A stretch of DNA of 64,000 nucleotides from Blastocatellia bacterium (GTDB lineage: Bacteria; Acidobacteriota; Blastocatellia; UBA7656), in assembly GCA_963765495.1 (NCBI GenBank), contig CAVXWP010000007.1:416001-480000 (forward strand). Reading direction: 5' to 3'. Below the pieces are notes generated by a model that made no database searches, was not told where the DNA came from, and was given only the letters and a program-made list of their open reading frames with translations. The position numbers and the translations under genes were made by a program. This document shows, one piece after another, positions 9,263 to 19,300 of the stretch. Within the stretch, counting starts at the first letter, position 1, and each line of letters begins with the position of its first letter.

Positions 9263-11882
9263 AACTTCCTTTGAGCTTGAGCAAAAGCTCCTGGGCCTTT
9301 TCAAATCCGGGCGCGATTTCAAGCGAGCGCAGCACCTCGCGCTTTGCTTCGGCGCGATTGCCGCTCGCGTCAAGCGAGCGCGCCAGATCGTAATGCGCCT
9401 CGGCCATGTCGGGCGGGTTCAACGACAGGCGCACTCTATATTCGCGTATGGCCTCGGTCAAACTCCCCTGCTCAAGATAAGCATCGCCCGCAAGCTTATG
9501 CAAGGCAGCATCAAACGGATGTATGTAAAAACTTGTAATCAGCGCGGAAATCGCGCCTGCGCGGTCGCCCGTCTCAAGCCGCAACTGAGCCAATCGCTTG
9601 AAGGCTTCCACATCGGTTTCATTATATCGCGTCAAATCCGCGAGCGCCCTGGCCGCTTCCATCTTCTCTCCGCGTGACTGGTAAATATCGGCCAGCAGCG
9701 CATAAGGGTTACCTTCTCCCGCGTAGTAAGGGAAAAGCTCCGCCGCACGCCTGAGATGCTCGACGGCTTTATCCATATCCCCTTCGGATTTATATATCGT
9801 CCCGAGCCTCAGATGAGCGAAATAATCATTTGGCTTCGCCTGGATCATTGCCGCGAGCGCCTCCTTTGTGGGAGGCGCTCCTGTGGGTCTTGCGGCAAGC
9901 CCGCTTCCGAGCGCGTCGATGTAGCTCCCGGCTTTTGATTTAAGGAATTCATTGAAAGCCGTGTCGAATTCCGCAGGCGACAGATTCAGGGTGCGCTTCA
10001 AAACATCGGGCGTGGCCTGCCCTTCTTTGTAGAGCGCGAGCATCTGCAATATCTTGTCGAAGCCGAATTTTTCTTCCACGAATTCGCAGACTTCCGACGC
10101 CTGAAAATAAGCTATCGGAACCTGATCGGGTGCGCTTGGACGGGTGAATGCCGCGTCGAGGTCGGCGATCTTTACAAAGCGCCCGTCTTTGAAATTCTTC
10201 AATCTCTCTATCGACCAGTTATCGCCCCATCCCGGACGCGCCCGCCGCTCTTCATAAACCGACAGTCCCTCTGAGAACCATCGAGGTATTCGATAATCCG
10301 TCCCCTGAAGCGTGATTACGTGAGTGAATTCGTGCCAGAGCGTGCTGCCCCAGTTGAACTCTCCGATTGTTCGAGCCGAAGGAGAGTCCATCGCTATCAC
10401 CTGTCCGAAGCAGACGCCCAGCGCGCCGAGGCCGGGAAGCCCCAGAGAGCGTACGGCGAAGTCTTCGTGATTCGGGAATATCTCTACTGCGATGGGCGAG
10501 CGAGGCGTGAAATGGTATTTCGCCGTGAGTGTTTTATGAGCCTCTTCCAGAAGCGACTCGGCATAGACGGCAAGCGCGCCGCTCTCTTTTGGCGCGGACT
10601 TGATCACGAAAGGCCCGCGAATCGACTCCTGATAATCGGCCATCGAATCGAGCAGATCGAGCGTATTCTTGGCCCAGATGTTGAACGGGTCTCCGGCGAA
10701 GGTTCGTTCGAGTTCGGCGCGCCCTTCTGCGATGCGGTTTACGCGGAGCAACTGGATGCCGAGTTGAGTGCGGGCGCTCCAAAGGTTCGGAGAGAGAGCG
10801 ACGGCGCGTCGGTCGAAATCTACCGCGTCACTGTAGCGGCGATTTATCACGGCAAAATGCGCGAGAGTATCAAAGAATTCGCCCGCCTTCGGATTTACCG
10901 CGAGAGCCCGCTTTATTTCTGCGTCGAGTTCGCTCTTACGATCCGATATGTAAAAGATCGCGGCTCGCACTCCCGCAGCATCTACGGAATTCGGATTTAC
11001 CGCAATCGCACGATCTATGGCCTTCGACGCCTCTTCGCGTTTTTCGGCCTCCAGATCGAACCAGGAGCGGAGGACCAGCGCGTCCACGCAATTCGGATTG
11101 ACCGCAAGCGCCCGGTCTACGGCCGCAGACGGCTCATCATTTGATGTGAGTTGTTTGCTTCGGGCCATACCTACGAGAGCCGCCGAGGAGTTGGGATTGA
11201 TTTTGAGCGCGTCGGCGAAGAGGGTTGCCGCATCGCCGTAGACATATTTCTCGTTCAGTAGCTCGCCCTGCCCGATGTAGGCTTCGATAAAGTTCGGATC
11301 GCTTTCGCGAGCGTCGATGTAGAGATCATTTGCGTCTTTGTATTTTTCCAGATAAGTGACGGCCCGCGCGATGAGGGTAAGCTCTTCGGCCGAGCGCGGA
11401 GAGTTCTGGTTGTAGTAGCCGACAAACTGCTGGAGAACCGGCTGCGCTTCGTCTCTCTTTCCTTGAGCGAGAAGCGCCCGCGCGCGTCCGAGAGAGGCGC
11501 GCAGCCACACGGCGTTTTTCGCGTCTCGCGCTGCGTTTGCAAACTCCGTGGCGGCCTCGCTATAGCGTCCGGTCAGAAATTGAATCTCAGCGAGTGAGAC
11601 GCGAAGGGGAACGTTGCTTGAGTCTTTGCCGAGAAACTCCTTCGATCTCTTTTCCGCTTCCTCGTACTGCCCCGTTTCGATCAGACCGCGAACGAGACCG
11701 TTTTGAGCGTCACGGTCGGCGTTGTTTTTTTCAAGCAGCGATGTGAATACCTCTATGGCTTCTTTATAACTGCCTCTCAGAAGAAGGTCGTCCCCTTGCT
11801 CGATGGAAAGCACTTCGGCTGCGCCCGAATGGAATGAGCAGCCTATCAGAAGGACTAAAATGATGATGCTTAAACGTTTCAT
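9261..11882 (-). CDS. Secreted TPR-repeat protein with a central gluzincin (peptidase MA-like) domain
   Basis: Signal peptide MKRLSIIILVLLIG; many TPR helices; LWHEFTHVIT followed by PRWFSEGLSVYE (HExxH plus downstream E). Alternative start 11894. Confidence 0.85.
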   Translation of the reverse strand: MKRLSIIILVLLIGCSFHSGAAEVLSIEQGDDLLLRGSYKEAIEVFTSLLEKNNADRDAQNGLVRGLIETGQYEEAEKRSKEFLGKDSSNVPLRVSLAEIQFLTGRYSEAATEFANAARDAKNAVWLRASLGRARALLAQGKRDEAQPVLQQFVGYYNQNSPRSAEELTLIARAVTYLEKYKDANDLYIDARESDPNFIEAYIGQGELLNEKYVYGDAATLFADALKINPNSSAALVGMARSKQLTSNDEPSAAVDRALAVNPNCVDALVLRSWFDLEAEKREEASKAIDRAIAVNPNSVDAAGVRAAIFYISDRKSELDAEIKRALAVNPKAGEFFDTLAHFAVINRRYSDAVDFDRRAVALSPNLWSARTQLGIQLLRVNRIAEGRAELERTFAGDPFNIWAKNTLDLLDSMADYQESIRGPFVIKSAPKESGALAVYAESLLEEAHKTLTAKYHFTPRSPIAVEIFPNHEDFAVRSLGLPGLGALGVCFGQVIAMDSPSARTIGEFNWGSTLWHEFTHVITLQGTDYRIPRWFSEGLSVYEERRARPGWGDNWSIERLKNFKDGRFVKIADLDAAFTRPSAPDQVPIAYFQASEVCEFVEEKFGFDKILQMLALYKEGQATPDVLKRTLNLSPAEFDTAFNEFLKSKAGSYIDALGSGLAARPTGAPPTKEALAAMIQAKPNDYFAHLRLGTIYKSEGDMDKAVEHLRRAAELFPYYAGEGNPYALLADIYQSRGEKMEAARALADLTRYNETDVEAFKRLAQLRLETGDRAGAISALITSFYIHPFDAALHKLAGDAYLEQGSLTEAIREYRVRLSLNPPDMAEAHYDLARSLDASGNRAEAKREVLRSLEIAPGFEKAQELLLKLKGS

Positions 11883-11904
11883 TACTTCCTGCATGATTTA
11901 ATGA

Positions 11905-13044
11905 TTATTTCTGCTTTGCTTTGATCTGTTGATTCACACCGGCAAGCTCCAGAAGCAATCGCTCAAGCTCGGCTTCATACTCTTCCGGTTTCATCTCCGA
12001 CTTGCGGGTCTTCAGTTTTTCAACCTCTTCTTCAAGCCGCTGTCGCTCCGCAAGCAAGCGCGCAACTTCCGCATCCCCGCCCGCCTGTTCTATCTGTCGG
12101 GAATCCAGATAGGTAGTCTTTGCAAGTGCACCGTCGCCCTCTTTTGATTCTTCGTGTCCCGTGCCGTCGCCGTTGTCGTCTAAAAGGGCGTGCTCGGTCG
12201 CAAGCCGTTTCTGCTCGTTGTACTTGTCGGCCACCAGATGCGTAGCGTAATCGAAAGCCTCAAGCACGGAGATGCGGTTGTTTTTGTCTGTGTCGGCCGC
12301 TTCGTTTGTGAGCGCGTCTATGAAATACTCGGCGAAGATCGTGGCGTTTTGCTCGTTGCCGCTGCGGGTAGCTGTGATGACGATTCGATTCGGGCCGGAA
12401 AGCGGCTTTACGAATTCGCCCGATGAGCTTGTGGTGTCGACAAAGACTACGCGCTTTGACGGAAATTCCTTGAGGAGCGCCGCATAGTCTTTCGCAGTCA
12501 GGTCCGGCCCTATCAGATTGAACTTTGCTTCCTGAGTGTCAAACGAGCCGTGGCCTATCAATAATATAAAGACGAGGCTGTCGGAGTTGGCGGCGGCTTT
12601 GATCGCGCCAAATGCTTTACGGACCTCTTCGGAGGTAGAGCGAGCGACATTCTCGCGCAGATCGTTTTCGGGTCCGCCGTTGACGGTTTCCATCAAGAGA
12701 TAAGTGTGCTTTTCATCAAAGCCCAGACGATTGACGAGCGCGTCGTGGAGCTTGAGGGCCTGTTCTGTAAACCTCTTTTTATAAGTTTCTTCGCCGCCCA
12801 CGCCTGCTATGATCAAGGCGAATTTATTCGGGTCAACCGGGGCGCGGGGCGGTTTCGCCGCCTGTTCTGATCGTGACTGCCCTGATTGTGACTGCTCTGA
12901 TTGTGACTGCCCTGATTGTGGCGAAGCGGTTCCAGATTTCTGACCTTCCTGCTGATTGGCAGGGCCGCGCTCCGCTCCGACGCTGCACGAGCAAAGCAGG
13001 AGGCAAAGTGTCAAAGCCGCCGATGAAAATCTCGTCATTAGCAT
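11905..13044 (-). CDS. Exported clan CD (caspase/legumain-like) fold protein lacking the catalytic Cys, with C-terminal coiled coil
   Basis: ALIIAG, FILLIGHG (His), VFVDTTSSSG in place of D-[AS]-C, RIVITAT, DTDKNNRISVLEAFDY; possible lipobox LCSC. Confidence 0.7.
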   Translation of the reverse strand: MLMTRFSSAALTLCLLLCSCSVGAERGPANQQEGQKSGTASPQSGQSQSEQSQSGQSRSEQAAKPPRAPVDPNKFALIIAGVGGEETYKKRFTEQALKLHDALVNRLGFDEKHTYLLMETVNGGPENDLRENVARSTSEEVRKAFGAIKAAANSDSLVFILLIGHGSFDTQEAKFNLIGPDLTAKDYAALLKEFPSKRVVFVDTTSSSGEFVKPLSGPNRIVITATRSGNEQNATIFAEYFIDALTNEAADTDKNNRISVLEAFDYATHLVADKYNEQKRLATEHALLDDNGDGTGHEESKEGDGALAKTTYLDSRQIEQAGGDAEVARLLAERQRLEEEVEKLKTRKSEMKPEEYEAELERLLLELAGVNQQIKAKQK

Positions 13045-13062
13045 CCTGTTACCTGAACGTTT

Positions 13063-15387
13063 CTATGCAAGCCCTTTGCGCTTGCGCGTAAACCACTCGG
13101 CTGCGGCGAGCAATACGATGAGCAGAAAATTTATGGGCATGTCCCAGAGGTCTTTCGACTCGCGCACGGAGCCTGCGCTTTCCGTATGCGTCAAATCCTC
13201 TATCAGATTCTCAGCCTGACTCAAGGTATAATAGGCCCCGCCCGTATTGGTCGCTATGCGTTCGAGCAATTCGCGATTCTGCGCTGCGTCGTGAGCCTCG
13301 CGATTCAACGGCCCGGCCAGAAAAACGGCCTCGGTCGTGCCTGCTGTCCCACCTTGAGATTTGCCGTCTTGAGATTTGCCGTCTTGAGACTTGCCTCCAC
13401 CCGAGGTCGAGACCTCTATGCGGTAGAGTCCTTCCTCATTGGGCAGGATCGTTCCCGAGTACCCTTCGAACCCGCCCTCGGCATCGGGCTTGAGCGTCAG
13501 GTCGAGCGTGCCGCCTGTGGGGGTCGTAACGCGCGCCGTGACATTTGCGCCTGTGACGTTCTGGAATTTCTCGTCCGCAACTTCCGCGCGCAGGCGAACA
13601 GGCTCAAGCGTGCCGTAGTAGCTGCGCTCGGTCGAAGCCTCTATCGTGTGGCGAGTCCCTTCGACAAGATAGCGCAGCAGGTTGCGCCAGAAGGTTTCGT
13701 AGGATTTGTTTTTGGATTCGAGCATCATCCGCCACCGCCACGTGTCTGATGCCATCAGCGCAAGACTCCGCCCTCGCCCGTATCTCTGCTCGATGAGCAA
13801 AGGAGCCACGCGGTTGTTCCGGCTGTCGCGGCCTTCGAGAATCACGGTCGCGCCGGGTTTTGTCTCGGTTATGATTTCGGGCAAGGTGAGCGCGGGCATC
13901 TGCTCCCAAGCCTTCTGGTTGGCTTCGGGCTGATCGGCGAGCCTCGCCGCCGGGTTATCGCGTCCCCGTTCGGAAGGCGCGGTCTTGAAGGTCTGGCTTT
14001 CGGTCGAGGTCGCCACCTGTCCGCCAAGCGAAACCGGCAGAAGATCGGCAAGCGGTGTATTGGCATATCCTCCCACGTTGAAAGACTTCGGCCCTCCAAG
14101 CGCCAGAAGCGTCCCGCCTCGCCTGCTTACAAACTGTTCGATGATTCTGAGTTGATCGAATGTGAAGAAGGTGGCTTCGATGCTGCCTATTATGATGGCG
14201 TCGTATTTGAAAAGCTCTTCTTCTGATTTTGGGAAACCCGTCGCCAGTTCGTCCCCGCTCTCTACGCCCTGTCGATAAAACTTCCCGTCAGCCGAGCGCA
14301 ATACGCTCACAAGCACGACGTTTTTCTCATCCGTCACCCCCGAGCGCAGCTTGCCGTATTCCCATCGCGGCGCGCCTTCTATGTAGAGAATTCTCGGGTG
14401 AGCGTCCTCTACATTGATTACAAGTTCCTGCGAGTTGTTGTCAGCTACAGGCTCATCGGGAAGCGGTTTGGCCGTGAACGAGTAGCGGTGGAGGCCGGGC
14501 GATGAAGGCGTGAAGGTGATGCGCGCAACCGTGGTGGCTTCGCCCTGTACGGGGACCTGCCGGGTAAACAGAGGGTGAGAGTCTTCCGTCAACTCGATCT
14601 CTATACTCTTCTGGCTGCCGCTTGCGCGCACAAGAAGTTCGGCCGTGACGGGCGAGCCTGCCAGCGAACGACGCGGGGCCGTGGCCCGTATGATCTCCAC
14701 ATCGCCTTCGAGCGTGGTGCTGCCTACGCCTACGGTGAAGACCGGCAGCCCCTGAGCCCGCAGTCTGTTGAGCGTGCTTGTGAATCCGCCCTCTTCTTTC
14801 TCGACGCCATTGTTTGCCCCGTCGCTTATCAGGATGATGCCCGACACGGGAAGCCCCGCCGATTCACGCGTGATCTGTTCTATTGATTCCTGCAGGTCGG
14901 TGCGGTCGCCTTCGCCTTTTAGCTCGGTTGCATCGGTGACGCGCTCGGCCGTGGCAGAAAATCCATAGGCGTGGACTTTGAACTTTTCGGCAAGCGCTGT
15001 GGCAAACGGACTGCCCGCGCTCATCAACTGCTTTACCGCATCAAGCCTCGTTCCTGCCATCCCATCTCGAAGCTGCATGCTCGAAGAATCATCCATCAGC
15101 ACGGCTACGTAGGTCGAGCCGGGAAGCACAGTAGGTATGACGATGACCGGCCTCATCAGGCAGAAGACTATGACGGCGACAAGCGCGGTCCTGAGCGCAA
15201 TGAGCGCGACTCGCCATCCGGTCCCAAGCCTGAGCGAGGGGCGGGCATAGAGATAGTAGGCCAGCAGAGCCAGTCCGATTACGAGCGCCACGATCAAAAT
15301 GGTTGAGGGGCGCGCAGCAAATCCGAACTGACCTTTTTCAAAGATGGCTGCCCTGTACTTGAACAGAAAACTTACGACCTGTTCCAA
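13063..15387 (-). CDS. Membrane protein with vWA, Ig-like and class I glutamine amidotransferase-like domains
   Basis: N-terminal TMs, DDSSSM MIDAS, ISDGANN, PRWEYGKLR, RYGRGRSLALMASDTWRW, C-terminal TM AEWFTRKRKGLA; TTG start. Confidence 0.85.
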   Translation of the reverse strand: MEQVVSFLFKYRAAIFEKGQFGFAARPSTILIVALVIGLALLAYYLYARPSLRLGTGWRVALIALRTALVAVIVFCLMRPVIVIPTVLPGSTYVAVLMDDSSSMQLRDGMAGTRLDAVKQLMSAGSPFATALAEKFKVHAYGFSATAERVTDATELKGEGDRTDLQESIEQITRESAGLPVSGIILISDGANNGVEKEEGGFTSTLNRLRAQGLPVFTVGVGSTTLEGDVEIIRATAPRRSLAGSPVTAELLVRASGSQKSIEIELTEDSHPLFTRQVPVQGEATTVARITFTPSSPGLHRYSFTAKPLPDEPVADNNSQELVINVEDAHPRILYIEGAPRWEYGKLRSGVTDEKNVVLVSVLRSADGKFYRQGVESGDELATGFPKSEEELFKYDAIIIGSIEATFFTFDQLRIIEQFVSRRGGTLLALGGPKSFNVGGYANTPLADLLPVSLGGQVATSTESQTFKTAPSERGRDNPAARLADQPEANQKAWEQMPALTLPEIITETKPGATVILEGRDSRNNRVAPLLIEQRYGRGRSLALMASDTWRWRMMLESKNKSYETFWRNLLRYLVEGTRHTIEASTERSYYGTLEPVRLRAEVADEKFQNVTGANVTARVTTPTGGTLDLTLKPDAEGGFEGYSGTILPNEEGLYRIEVSTSGGGKSQDGKSQDGKSQGGTAGTTEAVFLAGPLNREAHDAAQNRELLERIATNTGGAYYTLSQAENLIEDLTHTESAGSVRESKDLWDMPINFLLIVLLAAAEWFTRKRKGLA

Positions 15388-15453
15388 GATTGACTCCTGT
15401 TCTCAATGCGCTCTCAGCAACAAAGAACCGTTGTTTCAATCATTGTAATTGCT

Positions 15454-15478
15454 AACGCCCGGCGGCGCAAAAGTTTCA
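15454..15478 (-). promoter_or_regulatory. Putative ECF-sigma promoter of the MoxR operon
   Basis: Minus strand TGAAAC-N15-CGTT about 65 bp upstream of the first gene. Resembles AAC/CGT ECF promoters, but the spacer is one base short of the usual 16. Confidence 0.4.
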
Positions 15479-15842
15479 TGAGTGATGGCCAGGTGTTACA
15501 ACTTTTTACAACCCGCTGCGGTCGCTCACGCTCAACCTGCCGGTAGTCTGCGCCCTGTATATCCAGAACGGACTTACAGCGCGGGGCCGATGAGTGATCT
15601 TGGCCGAAAAGGGTAAAACGACCTCTTTGCAGGCGACTTGATCTTCAGGTCATCGTCATCCATTTACCGATAGGGATCGAGGTATGGTAGGCTGCTTCCG
15701 ACAGCAGACGATTCGAGTCTCGGAAAATATCGAGGTATGTGCCGGTCGAATAAGTTCAAATTTGACTCAGAGGCTTCTTTAGCTCACTCTTCCTTTCTGT
15801 TTGCATAAAAGCCCTTTAGCTCTGCTAAACGCAGATTTCGGG

Positions 15843-15870
15843 TTGACAAATAAGTCTGGTGTGATAGTAT
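15843..15870 (+). promoter_or_regulatory. Sigma-70 promoter for the HYR protein gene
   Basis: TTGACA-16 bp-TAGTAT with extended -10 TG; implies a leader of about 450 nt. Confidence 0.55.
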
Positions 15871-16322
15871 CCGGCAGGCAAGAGTGGCATCAGTGTGGTC
15901 CCGAAGTTTTGGGCACCCATAAAGACTAGCAATAATCTTTTGTTGTAAGTGATGGCGGCAAAGCAGCTTAACCAGCCGCCCCCGATCAAGTTGTTCGAGC
16001 GAGCAAGGCGTACAGGTAGGCTCAAAGCAGTGATTTAAGCCAAATTGCTTATTCAGCTTTGACCTTTGTTTGTTCGCACGGTTTGTGTGTTGAATAACAC
16101 AGCGATTCGGTTGAGAGGTCGACTACAGGTAGCACCAAGCTGCATCAATTTACGCAATGAACGTGACCCCATCTCCTTCAATAGGTATAGCAAGCGCCGC
16201 AACTTTCCCGGCGCATCGCATAATCCAGATCACCTCAGCCGGCGACAAGCCTTTCTGCCTGGCAACTTCTACGGCTAGAGATTGGACATCAGGTTTTAAG
16301 AATTTTCAGGAGGATCAAAAAT

Positions 16323-19300
16323 ATGAAGTCGAGGGTATTAGTTTTTGGCGTAGTAATATTCTTCGCCGTCGGCTTGTTGTTGATGCCGATGTATGCCCAG
16401 AAGTCGGGGCAGATAAATCCCCCGGGCGGCGGTAAAGGCGCAGGCAAGGGCACAGGCCCCGCTGTTGGCGGCAACGGAAGCAGAACTGACCCGCATAACG
16501 GGCCTACGCCCGTTTATATAAGGACAAGCAGTTTTGCCGTATCCCCCCCGCTTAAGAGTCTTCCAAAAGTGGCTGCAAAATCGAGGGGCGGTAATCAGGA
16601 TTCGCCTGAGAGGGAGGCGGCCGAAAATGGCGAGGAAGTAAACGGGACGAATCTAAGAGCGATTCGCAATATCTCGCCCACGGCTGTGCGCACGCCCGAT
16701 GCGGCGTTGCAGAACCAGCCGAATGTTCCAAATGCCATTCCCGGACCTTCGCTGACCTTCGAAGGACAGGCCGTTGTGGCGCCTCAGGTTGCTCCGCCCG
16801 ATACGAACGGCGACATCGGGCCGAACCACTACGTTGAACTGGTGAATGATTCCAATGGAACTTTGGTTCGGATATTTAACCCTGTAACCGGCGCATCGAT
16901 TGCAGGCCCGTTTACGCTGGGCAGCCTTTTTGGTGGCTTCCCCCAGGCTAATGGAGGCGGCGATCCGGTAGTGCTTTACGATCAGATGGCCGACCGATGG
17001 CTGCTTTCGGAATTTGCTTTCACGAGCACGAGTAGCGGCAATTATCACATGTCGATAGCCATCTCGAAGACAGCCGATCCGACCGGTGCATACTTCCTTT
17101 ATGATTTTACGGTGCCCACGCAAAACTTCCCGGACTATCCGAAGTTTGGTGTCTGGCCCGATGGCTACTACATGACGTCCAACCAGTTCTTCCTTGGCGG
17201 TGCATTTAACGGCGCCGGCGCATACGCTTTCGAGCGCAATAAGATGCTCATCGGCGATCCGACAGCTTCTATTATCTACTTTGATCTGAACCTGACGGCC
17301 TTCCCCGAAGGTCTGGGTGGGATGCTGCCGACCGATTTCGATGGTTTGATACCGCCACCTGCCGGAGCGCCGAACGTCTTCATGTATTTCACGGCGGGTG
17401 AATTCGGCGACCCGGCTGACGGTATACGCGCATACAATTTCCATGCAGATTTCGCCACGCCTGGAAATTCTACATTCCTGGAACGGTCGGAAAGCTCTCT
17501 GGCTTCGCCGATACCTGTTGCGGCATTCGACCCGATCACACCCACCGGCAGGACCGATATCGATCAACGGCCTCCGGGAGAGAAGGTTGACTCTATCGGC
17601 GACCGACTGATGCACAGATTGCAATACAGGAATTTCGGCTCGTCCGAGCGATGGACAGTCAATCACACGGTTGATGCCAGCGGCGACCCAAGCGCGGCAG
17701 TCTATCGCGCGGGTGTCAGATTCTATGAATTGACCCGCACAACCGGCAATGCTAATCCGATAAGCGTTCTCAATCAGGCTACGTTCGCGCCACTCGGTGC
17801 GGGCAATGAACCGCTGCATCGCTGGATGGGCAGTTCCGCGCTCGATAATTCAGGCGATATAGCTGTTGGCTATAGCGTATCGAGTACTACCAGAGAGCCG
17901 GAACTCCGATGGGCAGGTCGTCTCTTTAACGACCCGGCCAACATGCTGGCGCAGGGCGAAGCGGTCGTCTTTGATGCGACCGGCGTGCAGACGAGTAATA
18001 CTTTCAACCGCTGGGGCGACTATTCAGCAATGACCGTTGACCCTGATGACGATTGCACCTTCTTCTATGCGCAGGAATACTACGCTACGGATAGTGCATT
18101 CAACTGGCACACGCGAATCGGCAAATTTTCATTCCCCTCCTGCGTTGCTCCTCAGCAAGGCATGGCCATGGGGCAGATAACGATTTGCGGAGGAGGCCCG
18201 CTTGCAGACGCGCTCGTGACCTTCACCGGCGGCCCGTCAAACGGGTATTCGGTTGCCACAGATTCAAGCGGCAACTTCTCGCGCAAACTCTCGCCGGGAA
18301 CCTACACGGCGACGATTACCAAGGCAACCTTTGGAACCGTTGTTGTTCCGAACGTTGTCGTCACAAACGCCGGCACTGTGATGATCAATCAGTGCTTGCA
18401 GGGCGCAGCCACTCTGATGGCGGCCGGATCATCGCTCGTAGCCGAAAGCTGCACACCGACCAACGGCGCGATTGATCCTGGCGAGACCGTTACCGTAAGC
18501 CTTTGCCTCAAGAACACAGGCGGCGCGGCAACGACAGCCCTCATGGGCACGCTCCAGGCATCGGGCGGAGTCACCGCTATTCAACCGCCCAACCCGCAGA
18601 ATTATGGCGCGATCCCGGCTGACGGCACGACCATCGTTTGCCGCAACTTCACCTTCACGGCGGCAGGTACCTGCGGCGGCACGATAACTGCCACGCTCGA
18701 TCTGTCGGATGGTGGCAACCCGCTCGGGTCTGTGATGTACACATTCACACTTGGCGCACAGGCTGTAGTGTTGTCTGAGAACTTTGACGGAGTGACGGCA
18801 CCCGCACTTCCCGCAGGGTGGACTACCTCCTTCATCAACGGCGCTGCCAACTGTACTCCTACTGGCACCTGCGCTCTCGGTTCCAACTGGACTACCGCCA
18901 CTACTAACACCCCGCCTTCGGCTCCGAACGCGGCTTTCCACAACGATGTTACCTGCGTGACGGATAACTTCCTCGTTACCCCGCCACTCAACATCGTGTC
19001 CAACTCTACGTTGACATTCACTCAAGCTCGCAACATCGAAAGCACATTCGATGGTACCGTGCTTGAGGTCTCTACAAACGGCGGTTCTAGCTGGACTGAC
19101 GTTATTACCAACGGCGGCAGCTTTGTCTCTAATGGTTATAACGGAACCATCAGCGCCAACTTCCTCAGCCCGATCGCTGGTCGTATGGCCTGGACCGGTC
19201 TCAGCGGCGGCTCTACGGCTGCTCCCGCTTACATCACAACGGTTGTTAATCTCGGCCCGAACGTCAACGGTCAGACCATCAATCTCAGATGGCGGCTGGC

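Noticed and set aside
15574-15663. 29-aa minus-strand ORF MDDDDLKIKSPAKR...
   Set aside because: No convincing RBS or family resemblance; a length expected by chance.
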